32,000 bases of DNA from Gemmata obscuriglobus. Lineage in GTDB: Bacteria; Planctomycetota; Planctomycetia; Gemmatales; Gemmataceae. The number at the start of each line of letters is the position of its first letter. Positions within the stretch are counted from its first letter, which is position 1. The translations under genes were made by a program, and so were the position numbers. The stretch is taken from assembly GCF_008065095.1 (NCBI RefSeq), contig NZ_CP042911.1, positions 6,210,001 through 6,242,000 on the forward strand, read 5' to 3'. The notes beneath the pieces were generated by a model. It did not search any database and was not told the DNA's origin. It saw nothing but the letters and a program-made list of their open reading frames with translations. This document shows, one piece after another, positions 1-8,620 of this stretch.

Positions 1-760
1 GCACAGGAGGCGCCGCCGGGGTCGGGATTGGAGTCGGGGCCGAGGACGGCGGCGTCGGAACGGGCGGCATCAGAACCGGCGCGCCCGGCTGGGCCGCAGG
101 CACCGGCTTTTCGGTGCTCATCTCGACCAACTTCGCCTTCAAGCTATCAGCCAGTTTCAGCTCCGCTTCGCGCCCGGGTTGCCGGAACTGCATGTTGTTC
201 CGGCGGTTGGCGTGAATGGTGGTACCGTCCAGCGACACGCCGGCGAACAGCCCGCGGCTCCGTGAGTACGACACGATCTCTGCTTCGAGTTTGGCATCGG
301 TGGCCGCTGCCGCCATCCGCCCCACGGGACCGGCCGCCACGGACGCGTCAGCGCCAAGGGTCAGCTTCCCCTTGCCTTCAAGCAACCGGTCGAGAGTCTT
401 GCGGTTGCGGAACACCAGCACAACGTCGGTGGACTCGACGCCGGCCTGGAACCCAACGCTCGCACCACCAAGGTCAACGAACACGGGATCGGACCAGTTC
501 CCGTCTTTCTCTTTGACGAGCACAACGCCGTGCCCGCCGCGACCACCGACCACGAATCCGGCCTTGATCACACGGGGCACGATCACCACACCGTGCGCGT
601 CAGCCAGCAACTTTGCCGGAATGCCTTTGAGAGGGATGCTGTTCAGGTCGGCGAGCACCTCCTCGGCGTGTTCGAGGGTCTTGGCGTTGCTCGGCGGTAG
701 AGCCGCGACAGGAGCGACACACACAGCGACCGCACCGGCCGCAAGTAAGAACCGCATCAT
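1..760 (-). CDS. SYLF/Ysc84 (DUF500) lipid-binding domain protein, secreted; partial, C-terminus runs off the left edge
   Basis: Absent from the ORF track because there is no stop in the window. My minus-strand translation from ATG at 760 (GGAG a few nt upstream) gives MMRFLLAAGAVAVCVAPVAA (signal peptide). It continues ..HGVVIVPRVIKAGFVVGGRGGHGVVLVKEKDGNWSDPVFVDLGGASVGFQAG..LGADASVAAGPVGR..IVSYSRSRGLFAGVSLDG, the hallmark SYLF pattern. A Pro-rich tail stays open to position 2. Confidence 0.85.
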   Translation of the reverse strand, partial: MMRFLLAAGAVAVCVAPVAALPPSNAKTLEHAEEVLADLNSIPLKGIPAKLLADAHGVVIVPRVIKAGFVVGGRGGHGVVLVKEKDGNWSDPVFVDLGGASVGFQAGVESTDVVLVFRNRKTLDRLLEGKGKLTLGADASVAAGPVGRMAAAATDAKLEAEIVSYSRSRGLFAGVSLDGTTIHANRRNNMQFRQPGREAELKLADSLKAKLVEMSTEKPVPAAQPGAPVLMPPVPTPPSSAPTPIPTPAAPPV

Positions 761-791
761 TGTTTCATCTCCTTCACCGGATCCAAACTTC

Positions 792-863
792 CGACTGCGA
801 AACTGTGATGCAATCACGGCGCCGCGAGGCGCAATTTGTTTCCCGGATTACACTTCGCAGTCG
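792..863 (-). other. Structured intergenic element: 10-bp outer stem enclosing two short hairpins
   Basis: CGACTGCGAA (792-801) is the exact reverse complement of TTCGCAGTCG (854-863). Inside are GTGAT-gca-ATCAC (805-817) and GCGCC-GCGA-GGCGC (819-832, GNRA-type loop). It lies between the HEAT gene stop (944) and the SYLF gene start (760). Strand is assumed from the flanking genes. Confidence 0.35.
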
Positions 864-943
864 AAACATGCGCCGAATGTAGGAAATGCGTCGGTCACAC
901 AAGGTAGGCCGGCAGCAATCGACGGTCCGGCACTTCGAATGGC

Positions 944-3900
944 TTACAGCACCGGGATCAAGCCGTGCGGTTGATCCGCTGCCGGTTCGGGGCTGGTGGA
1001 CTCTGTGTGAATAAGCGGAAGTAATTCTTCTACCGCCTGCCGCACGCGCGGCGACGGATCGTCTGCCGCCGCGTGAACCACTGCGGCCGCCCGCGCGTTC
1101 GCAGAATCGGCCTCGAGAACGGCGCCGGCTGCCACCATCCGCACCCGTACGTTCGGGTCGTCCAGAAGGTCTAGCATCAGGTCCGACCGTTCGGCCGCCG
1201 GGGCGAGCCGGAGTGCAAGCGCCGCGTTCAATCGCAGCCCGTCGTTGGGGTCGGTCAGGCATTCGCGGAGCGGCAGAACCGCACCGGACGGGAGTTCGGC
1301 CAGTCGCGCGAGCGCGTGCGCCGCGTTCGCACGAACCTGGGTTTCAGGGTCGTGAAGCGCCTCGACCAGCGCCGAAGCGGCCGACTCGGGAACTTCTGAC
1401 ACCCGTATCCACCCCGCAGAAGCAACCAACCGCACCGGCACCTCCGGGTCGGACATGCCGGACGTAAACGCTTCGACGGCTTCGGGAGGTTGAATCATGG
1501 CGAGCGCACGCATCGCCTGCTCGCGCACCCCGGCCTCGCCGGTGCGCGCGGCGCGGAGCAAAGCCGCGCCGGCCTTTACGGCCGCCGGCCCGAGCCGCGC
1601 GAGTGCCTGCGACGCGGCGGCTTGTACCCAGTCGCTGTCGTCTGCGGTCAGCGCCTCGCACAGCCCGTTAACGACCGCATCAGTCCCCTGAACCCACTTC
1701 GAGAGCGTTTCGCACACCTGCACCTTAACCTGATCGTTCGGGTCGCGCAATAGGGGCAGTAAGTCGGCCAGCAGGTCTTCCGGCGGCTGGTCCCACGCCG
1801 CCGCGGCCGCCGCGGCCCCGGTCCGCACCAGCGGGTCGGTGTCCTTGAACGCCTCGCGCACGAGTCGCGCTGTACCAATTGTCGGCGAGCCCAACGTGCC
1901 CAGCCCGCGCACGGCCCGGGCGCGAACCGCACCGTCCTCATCAGCGGCCGCTTTTTCCAGCGCCGCCCGCGCCATCCCCGCGGACGATCCGAGTTTGCCC
2001 AGCGCCTCCGCCGCGTTCGCTCGCACTTGCGGGTTGACGTGCCCCAGCGCGCGAATTAGGCCCGGAACCACGCCCTGCCCGACGCCCATCTCGCCCAGCG
2101 CCTCGGCGGCCAGCGCGCTGACCCAACTGTCGCGGTCGCGGAGCGCCTTCACCAGATGAGGAACCGCGACCTCGGCCGCTTCCGCACCGAGCTTGCCGAG
2201 AGCCTCCGCCGCCTTCGCGCGGACCATGTCGTTACCGTCCGCAAGGGCCTCGATCAGCGGCGGCGCCGCATGTTCGGCCGACGCGTCGACAGCCCCCAGC
2301 GCTTCCGCCGCCTGCGCGCGGATGGTTGTGTCCGGACTGGAGAGCCCGGTTGCGAGTTGGGTGGTTGCGCCGTCGTCCAGCGGACCAACCGCCCTTACCG
2401 CTTCCGCCGCCGCCTCGCGAACGGAATCCTCGCGGTCCTGAAGCAGTTCGATCAGCCGCGGCACGACCGGAGCGGCCCGCCGCCCGAGCGCCTTCAGACC
2501 CAGCGCGGCCGCCGCGCGTACCGGACCGGCCGGGTCATCGAGTGCCGGCGCGAGTAGTTCTGGAGCGGCCCCTACCGCCCCGAGTGCCTCCGCGGCGCGG
2601 CATCGAACCGTCTCGTCTGTGTCTGTCAGGAGCGCGGCCAGTTCTTTCGCCGCATGCACCGCGGGCGCCCCGGCACGTCCGAGCGACGCCGCGACCGCGC
2701 CGCGAACGGCCGCCAGTTCGTCGCCGAGGGCGCGGCGCAGGTTCTCGACCGCGAACCCGGTCGGGTCGAGTTCCTGGCCGGTCTCCTGAGCGCGGTTCAA
2801 GAACGGCCAACGGGTGTTCGCGCGCCGGGGGCGCCGCACCCGGCGCACGCGCTCCGCCTTCACCCCCCCTTCAGCGATCGAACCCAGCGCCTCGGCCGCA
2901 CTCAGCCGCGCCATCCCGCTCGGGTCGCCGAGTAGCGCGGCGACATCGGCAACGGCGTCGCGCGCGCGCAGGTGACCGAGCGCCGCCGCCGCCACCACAC
3001 GGACGTGCTCGTGCGCGTCGGACAGGTGCCGCACGAGCATCGGAACGGTCGAAGGGCCGATCGCGGCCAGCACGAGCGGCAACTGGTCGCGCTGCTCCTT
3101 CGTTAACGCCGTCAGTCCGCGCAGGGACACCAGCACCGGCCCGATCGCCGCGGCACCGAACTGCGGGAGCGCGTTCCGGGCGCGGTCGTGGATCGGCTCG
3201 TGCGGGCTCCAGAAATCGGCGATGGTTTCGGACATGAGCCGCCCCTGCCGCACCGAGGCGAACACCTGTTGCAACAAGATCAGCGTGAAAAACGACTTGA
3301 ACGCGGCGAGCAGCAGCGCGGTCGGCGGCGCGGCGCTCCGCACGAACGCGGTGTGGACGAGCTGCTTCGAGTCGGCCAGGTTGAGTACGTCCACCAGCCG
3401 GACGAGGTTGATGATTGCGTAGGTGAAAAAGTCCACGAAGCCGGGGTGCGTGTCCCCTTCGATGACGTACCAGTTCCGGCCGACGGTCTCGTATGTCCCC
3501 TGGTTCAGTAGCACGAACCCGCCGATCACCCCGGCCGCCGCGACGCCCATCAGCGGCACGCCGACCCGGTGCCCGTATCGGGCCACGTTGGACGCAAGCT
3601 CCTGCCCCTTGGTCGGGTTGTGAACGGCCTTACGCCCGCGCTCGATCTCGTACCGCTCCACGTCGATGAACATGTACGCGAGGCACGTCGCTACGCCCAT
3701 CGTGAGAAGCGCGCCGGCGCACAACAGCGTCACGACCGGAGCCGTCGTGGCGGTAACGCCTCCGCCAACAATAAGCCCCAGCGTGACGACGAGGTACACG
3801 CCCCAGGACGCCCACGAGAGCCACCGCTCCCACACGCGGAACCCGCGGGCCACGGCCCACCGCGTGACGCGCCCGAACCGGTCGAGAACCCAGCCGATGA

Positions 3901-4009
3901 GGCCGATCTGGAACAACCCGCCGGCGACGAGAGCGAGAACGAGCAGCGTGGCGAGTATCGAGTACGAAGAGACCGTCTGATCGAGTTTCACGAGCCAATG
4001 CGGGTCCAT
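944..4009 (-). CDS. Membrane-anchored HEAT-repeat (PBS-lyase HEAT-like) protein, 1021 aa
   Basis: ORF track 944..4009. The N-terminal ~300 aa has several hydrophobic helices (ILATLLVLALVAGGLFQIGLIGWVL, GVYLVVTLGLIVGGGV, LLCAGALLTMGVATCLAYMF, LMGVAAAGVIGGFVLL, ALLLAAFKSFFTLILLQQVF). About 15 or more ~31-aa repeats follow, of the type D..VR..AAEALG.LG. GC3 is high in this frame. Confidence 0.85.
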   Translation of the reverse strand: MDPHWLVKLDQTVSSYSILATLLVLALVAGGLFQIGLIGWVLDRFGRVTRWAVARGFRVWERWLSWASWGVYLVVTLGLIVGGGVTATTAPVVTLLCAGALLTMGVATCLAYMFIDVERYEIERGRKAVHNPTKGQELASNVARYGHRVGVPLMGVAAAGVIGGFVLLNQGTYETVGRNWYVIEGDTHPGFVDFFTYAIINLVRLVDVLNLADSKQLVHTAFVRSAAPPTALLLAAFKSFFTLILLQQVFASVRQGRLMSETIADFWSPHEPIHDRARNALPQFGAAAIGPVLVSLRGLTALTKEQRDQLPLVLAAIGPSTVPMLVRHLSDAHEHVRVVAAAALGHLRARDAVADVAALLGDPSGMARLSAAEALGSIAEGGVKAERVRRVRRPRRANTRWPFLNRAQETGQELDPTGFAVENLRRALGDELAAVRGAVAASLGRAGAPAVHAAKELAALLTDTDETVRCRAAEALGAVGAAPELLAPALDDPAGPVRAAAALGLKALGRRAAPVVPRLIELLQDREDSVREAAAEAVRAVGPLDDGATTQLATGLSSPDTTIRAQAAEALGAVDASAEHAAPPLIEALADGNDMVRAKAAEALGKLGAEAAEVAVPHLVKALRDRDSWVSALAAEALGEMGVGQGVVPGLIRALGHVNPQVRANAAEALGKLGSSAGMARAALEKAAADEDGAVRARAVRGLGTLGSPTIGTARLVREAFKDTDPLVRTGAAAAAAAWDQPPEDLLADLLPLLRDPNDQVKVQVCETLSKWVQGTDAVVNGLCEALTADDSDWVQAAASQALARLGPAAVKAGAALLRAARTGEAGVREQAMRALAMIQPPEAVEAFTSGMSDPEVPVRLVASAGWIRVSEVPESAASALVEALHDPETQVRANAAHALARLAELPSGAVLPLRECLTDPNDGLRLNAALALRLAPAAERSDLMLDLLDDPNVRVRMVAAGAVLEADSANARAAAVVHAAADDPSPRVRQAVEELLPLIHTESTSPEPAADQPHGLIPVL

Positions 4010-4174
4010 GAGTGCTCCGGTTCGGGCGACGCGTCGGCGCCGGACGGGTCCGCGAACGGCAGCGCAGTCCGCGCGGGTCAGAACACACCAACCGCGATAA
4101 CCGGAGCGGCAGCAAGCAAACCACAGGCCAAAGAGCGACCCTCGTCGTGTGCTGCCGCCAAGCGATTCAGAAGA

Positions 4175-5233
4175 TCACCGGGTTGCAATCTCCTGTTGCG
4201 TCATGCAGTGGAGCGTTCCGAACCCCCACACCAGGTCCACACAACTGATCCCGACCACCTCACGATCGGCGAACACATCGGCCAAGATGCCGAGCGCGAG
4301 GCGGTCCGCCGGGTCGTTGAAGGTGGGCACGATCACCGTCCCGTTCGCGATGTAGAAGTTCGCGTAGCTCGCGGGCAGCCGGGTGCCCTCGAAGATCAGC
4401 GGGCGCGGCATTGGCAGCGGGATCACCTCCAGTTTCGTGCCGTGAACGTCGGTCATGCCGCCGAGCCGCTCCAAATTCTCCTGAAGCGGCTGGTAGTTCT
4501 CATCGCTCGGGTCGTTTTCCACCACCGTCACGACGGTGCGCGAGTTTACGAACCGCGCCAGATCGTCAACGTGGCCGTGCGTGTCGTCGCCCACGATCCC
4601 GCGGTCCAGCCAGAGCACCTTCTGAACGCCCAGGTACTCCGCGAACACCGCCTCGTAGTCCGCCCGGCTGAACGGCGGGTTGCGTTCCTGCGTCTTACTC
4701 AGGAGGCACTCTTCGGTCGTGAGCAGCAGGCCCGCACCGTTCACGTCAATGCTCCCGCCCTCCAAAACGATGCGGTGGCCGTCACGAACCGGCTGCACGG
4801 ACTTCACGCCCAGCGACTCGGCCACGAACGCCGGCAGGCTGTCATCCTGGAGCCAGTCCGGGTACTTCGCCCAAGCGTTAAAGTGCCAGTCGAGCGCCAC
4901 TCGACCGCCCGCCGAATCCCGCACAAAGATCGGGCCGGAGTCGCGGACCCACGAGCGGTCCGTCGGCTTCTCCCACAACTTCACACGGCTGATGTCAGCA
5001 CCGGCGCGCGTGAGCGCGTCGGTCGCGGCGGCGTGGCGAATGTCATCGGGAACGATCAGATTAACGGTCTCGTGCCGCGTCAGCGCGCGAACGATCTCCG
5101 CGTACACCCAGGGGATGGGTTCCATTTTCCCCGGCCAGTCGGAGCCGCGGTGCGGCCACGCGAGCCACGTGGACGCGTGCGGCTCCCACTCCGCCGGCAT
5201 GCGGTACGGCGCGATTTCCTGCGATTTCGTCAT
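4175..5233 (-). CDS. aguA: Agmatine deiminase (Porphyromonas-type peptidylarginine deiminase family)
   Basis: Motifs: MPAEWEPHASTWLAWPH, GGSIDVNGAGLLLTTEECLL..RNP, GIVGDDTHGHVDDLARFV, and C-terminal GTLHCMTQQ (catalytic Cys). Confidence 0.85.
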   Translation of the reverse strand: MTKSQEIAPYRMPAEWEPHASTWLAWPHRGSDWPGKMEPIPWVYAEIVRALTRHETVNLIVPDDIRHAAATDALTRAGADISRVKLWEKPTDRSWVRDSGPIFVRDSAGGRVALDWHFNAWAKYPDWLQDDSLPAFVAESLGVKSVQPVRDGHRIVLEGGSIDVNGAGLLLTTEECLLSKTQERNPPFSRADYEAVFAEYLGVQKVLWLDRGIVGDDTHGHVDDLARFVNSRTVVTVVENDPSDENYQPLQENLERLGGMTDVHGTKLEVIPLPMPRPLIFEGTRLPASYANFYIANGTVIVPTFNDPADRLALGILADVFADREVVGISCVDLVWGFGTLHCMTQQEIATR

Positions 5234-5446
5234 TTTTGTTAGCCGTTCTGAGCTACCATTTCAGGCGAGGGGCGAATATCGCAGAGGCGCTTTTAACCTC
5301 ACGCGAATCTTCATTGGACTCGCCCAATCCCACGAGAGAATTTCGTAAAACACCGTTGCGGGAAACCAACAGTGGTCGCTACATTCCCGACACCGCCCAA
5401 ACGGACACCCGGACCGACTGCCGGGAGTTGCACGGAGGCAACCTGC

Positions 5447-5875
5447 GTGACCTCACACCCGGGGCTCATTCTACTCGTCGAAGACGATGCCGACCTGCGT
5501 GCCGCGTTCGAGTTCACGCTGCGCCGCCGCGGCTATAAGGTGGTCAGCACCGGCTGCGGGCTGCGGGCGGTCGAACTGGCGGTTGAGCATCAACCCACAC
5601 TCGCGGTTGTTGACCTGTTACTACCCGGCCAGAGCGGGTTTCAGGTCTCCCACGCCCTCCGCGAGCGGTTCGGTGATAACGTTCGTGTGCTCGTGATGTC
5701 GGGTTACACCTCCTCGCACCATCGTGATTACGCGGCCGCATCCGGAGCAGAGGCGTTCCTCGCGAAACCGTTTTCGGAAGTCGCACTGATCGACGCCGTG
5801 GAAGCCCTTTGTCCGGCACCGATCAAGTCGCAAGAGCCGTTCGAGACGCGCCGCCGGGTCAAGATCGGTGCCTGA
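5447..5875 (+). CDS. Stand-alone response-regulator receiver (CheY-like) protein
   Basis: ILLVEDDADL, VDLLLPGQSG (phospho-acceptor Asp), VMSGYTS and LAKPF are receiver hallmarks. The track ORF begins at 5372. I prefer the in-frame GTG at 5447, which has GGAGG 8 nt upstream, but the start is uncertain. Confidence 0.8.
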   Translation: MTSHPGLILLVEDDADLRAAFEFTLRRRGYKVVSTGCGLRAVELAVEHQPTLAVVDLLLPGQSGFQVSHALRERFGDNVRVLVMSGYTSSHHRDYAAASGAEAFLAKPFSEVALIDAVEALCPAPIKSQEPFETRRRVKIGA

Positions 5876-6435
5876 CGGACCACCCGGACGGAAAACTTCT
5901 ACGGTGTTCGGAGTGTCGCCCGCTCGCTTCGCGAGCGGTGTTTCGTGCATCCGATCGGTGCTTCGGATCGCAGTACCGACCATTTCGCAACCGTTCGCGG
6001 AACGAGCCGACCGCACTCCGAATACCTGTTTTGGGGATCGCGTATCAGAAACGCCACCATCGTTTTGAATCATATTTGCCGCAAACAGCTTATCAGCAAC
6101 ATCTTGCGACGGTCGTTTCGGCTCGTTGCTGATCTGGGCTCTGCTGACTTTGGGCGCCGACTATCGGGGTGGAACGCGTGATTCGTGGGTAGTAAACACC
6201 CAGCGAATTGCCAGTCCGGGGACCAGTGGAACGGTAGTGAAGCACCCGTTTATCGCCCGCAGATGTCCACTCGCTCACCCGTCGAATGCGGCTCGGGATC
6301 AAGTGTAACCCCCGCGTTACAGTTCCGGACGCCCGCGCACCTCCGATCCGCGTTCGTTCCTCGAACGGCACGAGTGCAAAATCGACCTGTCGCTCGCTTG
6401 TCGATCGGCCTACGACAAAGGGGCCGCGTTGCGCG

Positions 6436-6464
6436 TTGACAGCGCCCCCCCGGGGTGGTACGTT
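6436..6464 (+). promoter_or_regulatory. Candidate sigma70-type promoter for rnc
   Basis: TTGACA (6436-6441), exactly 17 nt spacer, TACGTT (6459-6464), about 50 nt upstream of the rnc ATG. Whether this organism uses the E. coli-like consensus is an assumption. Confidence 0.35.
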
Positions 6465-6513
6465 GGCACTCAACCTTTATTATTGCCCGTCCGCGTTTTA
6501 TGTACCACTAGTC

Positions 6514-7248
6514 ATGCCTCCTTCGGACCCGCCCGGCGGAAACCGGGAACGTGAAATTCTCGACGAGTGCCAGGACGCAATCGGCTACCGCTTTGAGCGA
6601 GTGGAACTCCTCCGCTCGGCGCTCACGCACACGTCCAGCGCGAACACCCGAGCCGCATCCAACGAGCGGCTCGAGTTTTTGGGTGACAGCGTCCTCGGCC
6701 TGGTCACGTGCGAGCAACTGTACCGGCGGTTCCCGGAGTACCAGGAAGGCGACCTCACGAAGGTGAAGTCCGCCGTTGTAAGTCGCAAGACCTGCGCCCG
6801 GTTCAGCCAGGAAATCCGGCTCGGCGACTTCCTGTTCCTGGGGCGCGGGGTGAACTCGAACGGCGAGATGCCGCTCAACATCCTCGCTAACGCGTTCGAA
6901 TCGCTGGTGGCGGCGGTCTTCCTCGACGGCGGCTGGGACGCGGCCCGCGACTTCGTGCTGGACTTCATCGACCCTGAAGTCGATCGCGTCGCCCGCGACG
7001 CCATCTCCGCCAACGCGAAATCCCAGCTCCAGACCGTGACCCAGCGGGAGTACGGCGACACGCCGCGTTACTTCCTCCTGGACGAGCAGGGGCCGGACAA
7101 CAACAAGTGCTTCAAGGTCGCGGCCCAGGTCCACGACGAGCGGTTCCCGGCCGCATGGGGCCACACCAAGAAGGAAGCCGAGCTGAAGGCCGCGATGAAC
7201 GCCCTCGCCCATATCCACGGTGAGCCGCTCCCTTACGCGTGCGACTGA
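6514..7248 (+). CDS. rnc: Ribonuclease III
   Basis: NERLEFLGDSVLGLV (RNase III signature), ESLVAAVFLDGG, and a C-terminal dsRBD (KSQLQ...GPDNNKCFKV...GHTKKEAELKAAMNAL). The track ORF starts at 6286, but the upstream 76 codons look non-coding. ATG at 6514 gives MPPSDPPGG... Confidence 0.9.
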   Translation: MPPSDPPGGNREREILDECQDAIGYRFERVELLRSALTHTSSANTRAASNERLEFLGDSVLGLVTCEQLYRRFPEYQEGDLTKVKSAVVSRKTCARFSQEIRLGDFLFLGRGVNSNGEMPLNILANAFESLVAAVFLDGGWDAARDFVLDFIDPEVDRVARDAISANAKSQLQTVTQREYGDTPRYFLLDEQGPDNNKCFKVAAQVHDERFPAAWGHTKKEAELKAAMNALAHIHGEPLPYACD

Positions 7249-7260
7249 GTCCCCCTACCC

Positions 7261-7557
7261 ATGCCGATGTCACCGTACCCTGTGCTGTGTTACGCACCGG
7301 GGTGTCACTCGCCGGCGCTGTACAAAATCGCGGCGAAGTGGAGCGACGGCACCACCGCCGAACTCAAGACGTACGGCCTCGCCTGTGCCGCGTGCGTGCC
7401 GAAGCTCCTCGACCGCGCGCGCGAGAAACGCACCGCGTGCCGGCTCGCGGTCGGCGAAACACTTGAACTTCCCGGCGTTTACGACCTCACCCGGGGTGAA
7501 CGGGACCGCGTACTCGCGCGCCGCCCGGACCTCGAACCGCCGCCCGGCGTCCAATAG
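7261..7557 (+). CDS. Small Cys-rich hypothetical protein (98 aa), possible zinc ribbon
   Basis: High GC3 in this frame, unlike the overlapping antisense ORF 7270..7560. Cys pairs are CYAPGC and CAAC, plus one further Cys. It is tightly packed, 12 nt after the rnc stop and 5 nt before the next start. Confidence 0.55.
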   Translation: MPMSPYPVLCYAPGCHSPALYKIAAKWSDGTTAELKTYGLACAACVPKLLDRAREKRTACRLAVGETLELPGVYDLTRGERDRVLARRPDLEPPPGVQ

Positions 7558-7562
7558 CACTC

Positions 7563-8612
7563 ATGTCGGCGCACCCCGAATTCGTCATCGTCGGCCAGGG
7601 GTTGGCCGGAACCGCACTCGCGTGGCAGCTCCTTCGCCGCGGCCGGAAGGTTCTCGTCGTGGACCGCGGGAGCGGGGGCTGCTCTCGGCTCGCGGCGGGG
7701 CTCATCACCCCGATCACCGGAAAGCGTGTCGCGAAAAGCTGGCGGTGGGACGAGTTACGTCCGGCGGCAGAAACGTTCTACCGCGAAATCGAGACCCGCA
7801 CGGGCGCCACCTTCTTCCACCCGCGTGAAGCGATCAGGCTCTTCGCCACCGCAAACGAACGGGCGCGTTATTCCGGTCCCGACGGTGATGTGGGCGCTCG
7901 TGGTGACTGGTTCAACGCCGCGTTCGGCGGGTTCGTGATGCCCGAGGCCGCCCGGCTCGACGTGCCCCGTTACCTCGAAGCGTCGCGTGAGTACTTCCGC
8001 GCCATTGGTGCGTTCTGCACCGCAGACCTCGACCCGAAACAGATCGAGCCCACCACCGCCACCGTTCGCGTCACTCAACTGGGCGTCGAAGCTCAAACGC
8101 TGGCGTTTTGCCGCGGGTTCGCCCCCGACGGCGATCCGTGGTTCGGCGCGATCCCGTTCCGCGCCGCGAAGGGCGAGTTCCTGACCGTTTGGGTGCCCGG
8201 ACTGGCCGAGCAGCGTGTGACGCACCGGGGCGTATGGCTCGCACCGCTCGGCGATGAGGTGTTTCGGGTCGGAGCGACGTACTCCTGGCACCAACTCGAT
8301 GGTGTTCCCACCGCGGCAGGCCGAACCGAACTCGAAGGGCGACTCCGCGAGTTACTCAGGCTGCCGTTTGAGGTGATCGAACACCGCGCCGCGGTACGGC
8401 CGATCATCGGCGGGAGCGTGCCCGTTCTGGGTCGGCACCCGGACTCCCCGCGGGTCGCGTTCTTCAACGGGCTCGGGTCGAAGGGTTCGCTGCTGTCGCC
8501 GTTCTTCGCGAACCAACTCGCCGCGCACCTGTGCGACGGCGGCAAAATCGATCCCGAAGTTGATGTGCGAACGTTCTTGAACCGCGTCTCCGGCCTTCAC
8601 AATCCGGAGTGA
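7563..8612 (+). CDS. FAD-dependent oxidoreductase (DAO / glycine-D-amino-acid oxidase-like family)
   Basis: N-terminal Rossmann motif FVIVGQGLAGTALAWQLLRRGRKVLVVDRG, and a length of 349 aa. Confidence 0.75.
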   Translation: MSAHPEFVIVGQGLAGTALAWQLLRRGRKVLVVDRGSGGCSRLAAGLITPITGKRVAKSWRWDELRPAAETFYREIETRTGATFFHPREAIRLFATANERARYSGPDGDVGARGDWFNAAFGGFVMPEAARLDVPRYLEASREYFRAIGAFCTADLDPKQIEPTTATVRVTQLGVEAQTLAFCRGFAPDGDPWFGAIPFRAAKGEFLTVWVPGLAEQRVTHRGVWLAPLGDEVFRVGATYSWHQLDGVPTAAGRTELEGRLRELLRLPFEVIEHRAAVRPIIGGSVPVLGRHPDSPRVAFFNGLGSKGSLLSPFFANQLAAHLCDGGKIDPEVDVRTFLNRVSGLHNPE

Positions 8613-8620
8613 TCGACGAA

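Noticed and set aside
216-974. 252-aa plus-strand ORF at the left edge
   Set aside because: The opposite strand encodes a textbook SYLF domain with a signal peptide, whereas the plus-strand product is Ser/Pro/Thr/Ala-rich without motifs.
3569-5242. 557-aa plus-strand ORF overlapping aguA and the start of the HEAT gene
   Set aside because: It is antisense to two well-supported genes, with Arg/His/Pro-rich low-complexity translation and poor third-position GC compared with the minus-strand frames.
6166-6205. tmRNA-like 5' sequence GGGGTGGAACGCGTGATTCGTGGGTAGTAAACACCC
   Set aside because: Within 300-420 nt downstream on either strand I found no complementary acceptor 3' strand, no T-arm (GGTTCGA.TCC-type), and no plausible Ala-rich tag reading frame. 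It is kept only as part of the unexplained non-coding region.
6205-6330. RNase P RNA-like fragments (AGTCCGGGG, ACAGTTCCGGAC)
   Set aside because: The two motifs are only ~100 nt apart instead of ~300 nt, and the surrounding conserved helices are absent.
6286-6513. Upstream extension of the rnc ORF
   Set aside because: The extension runs through the candidate promoter and has non-protein-like sequence. RNase III homology begins just after ATG 6514.
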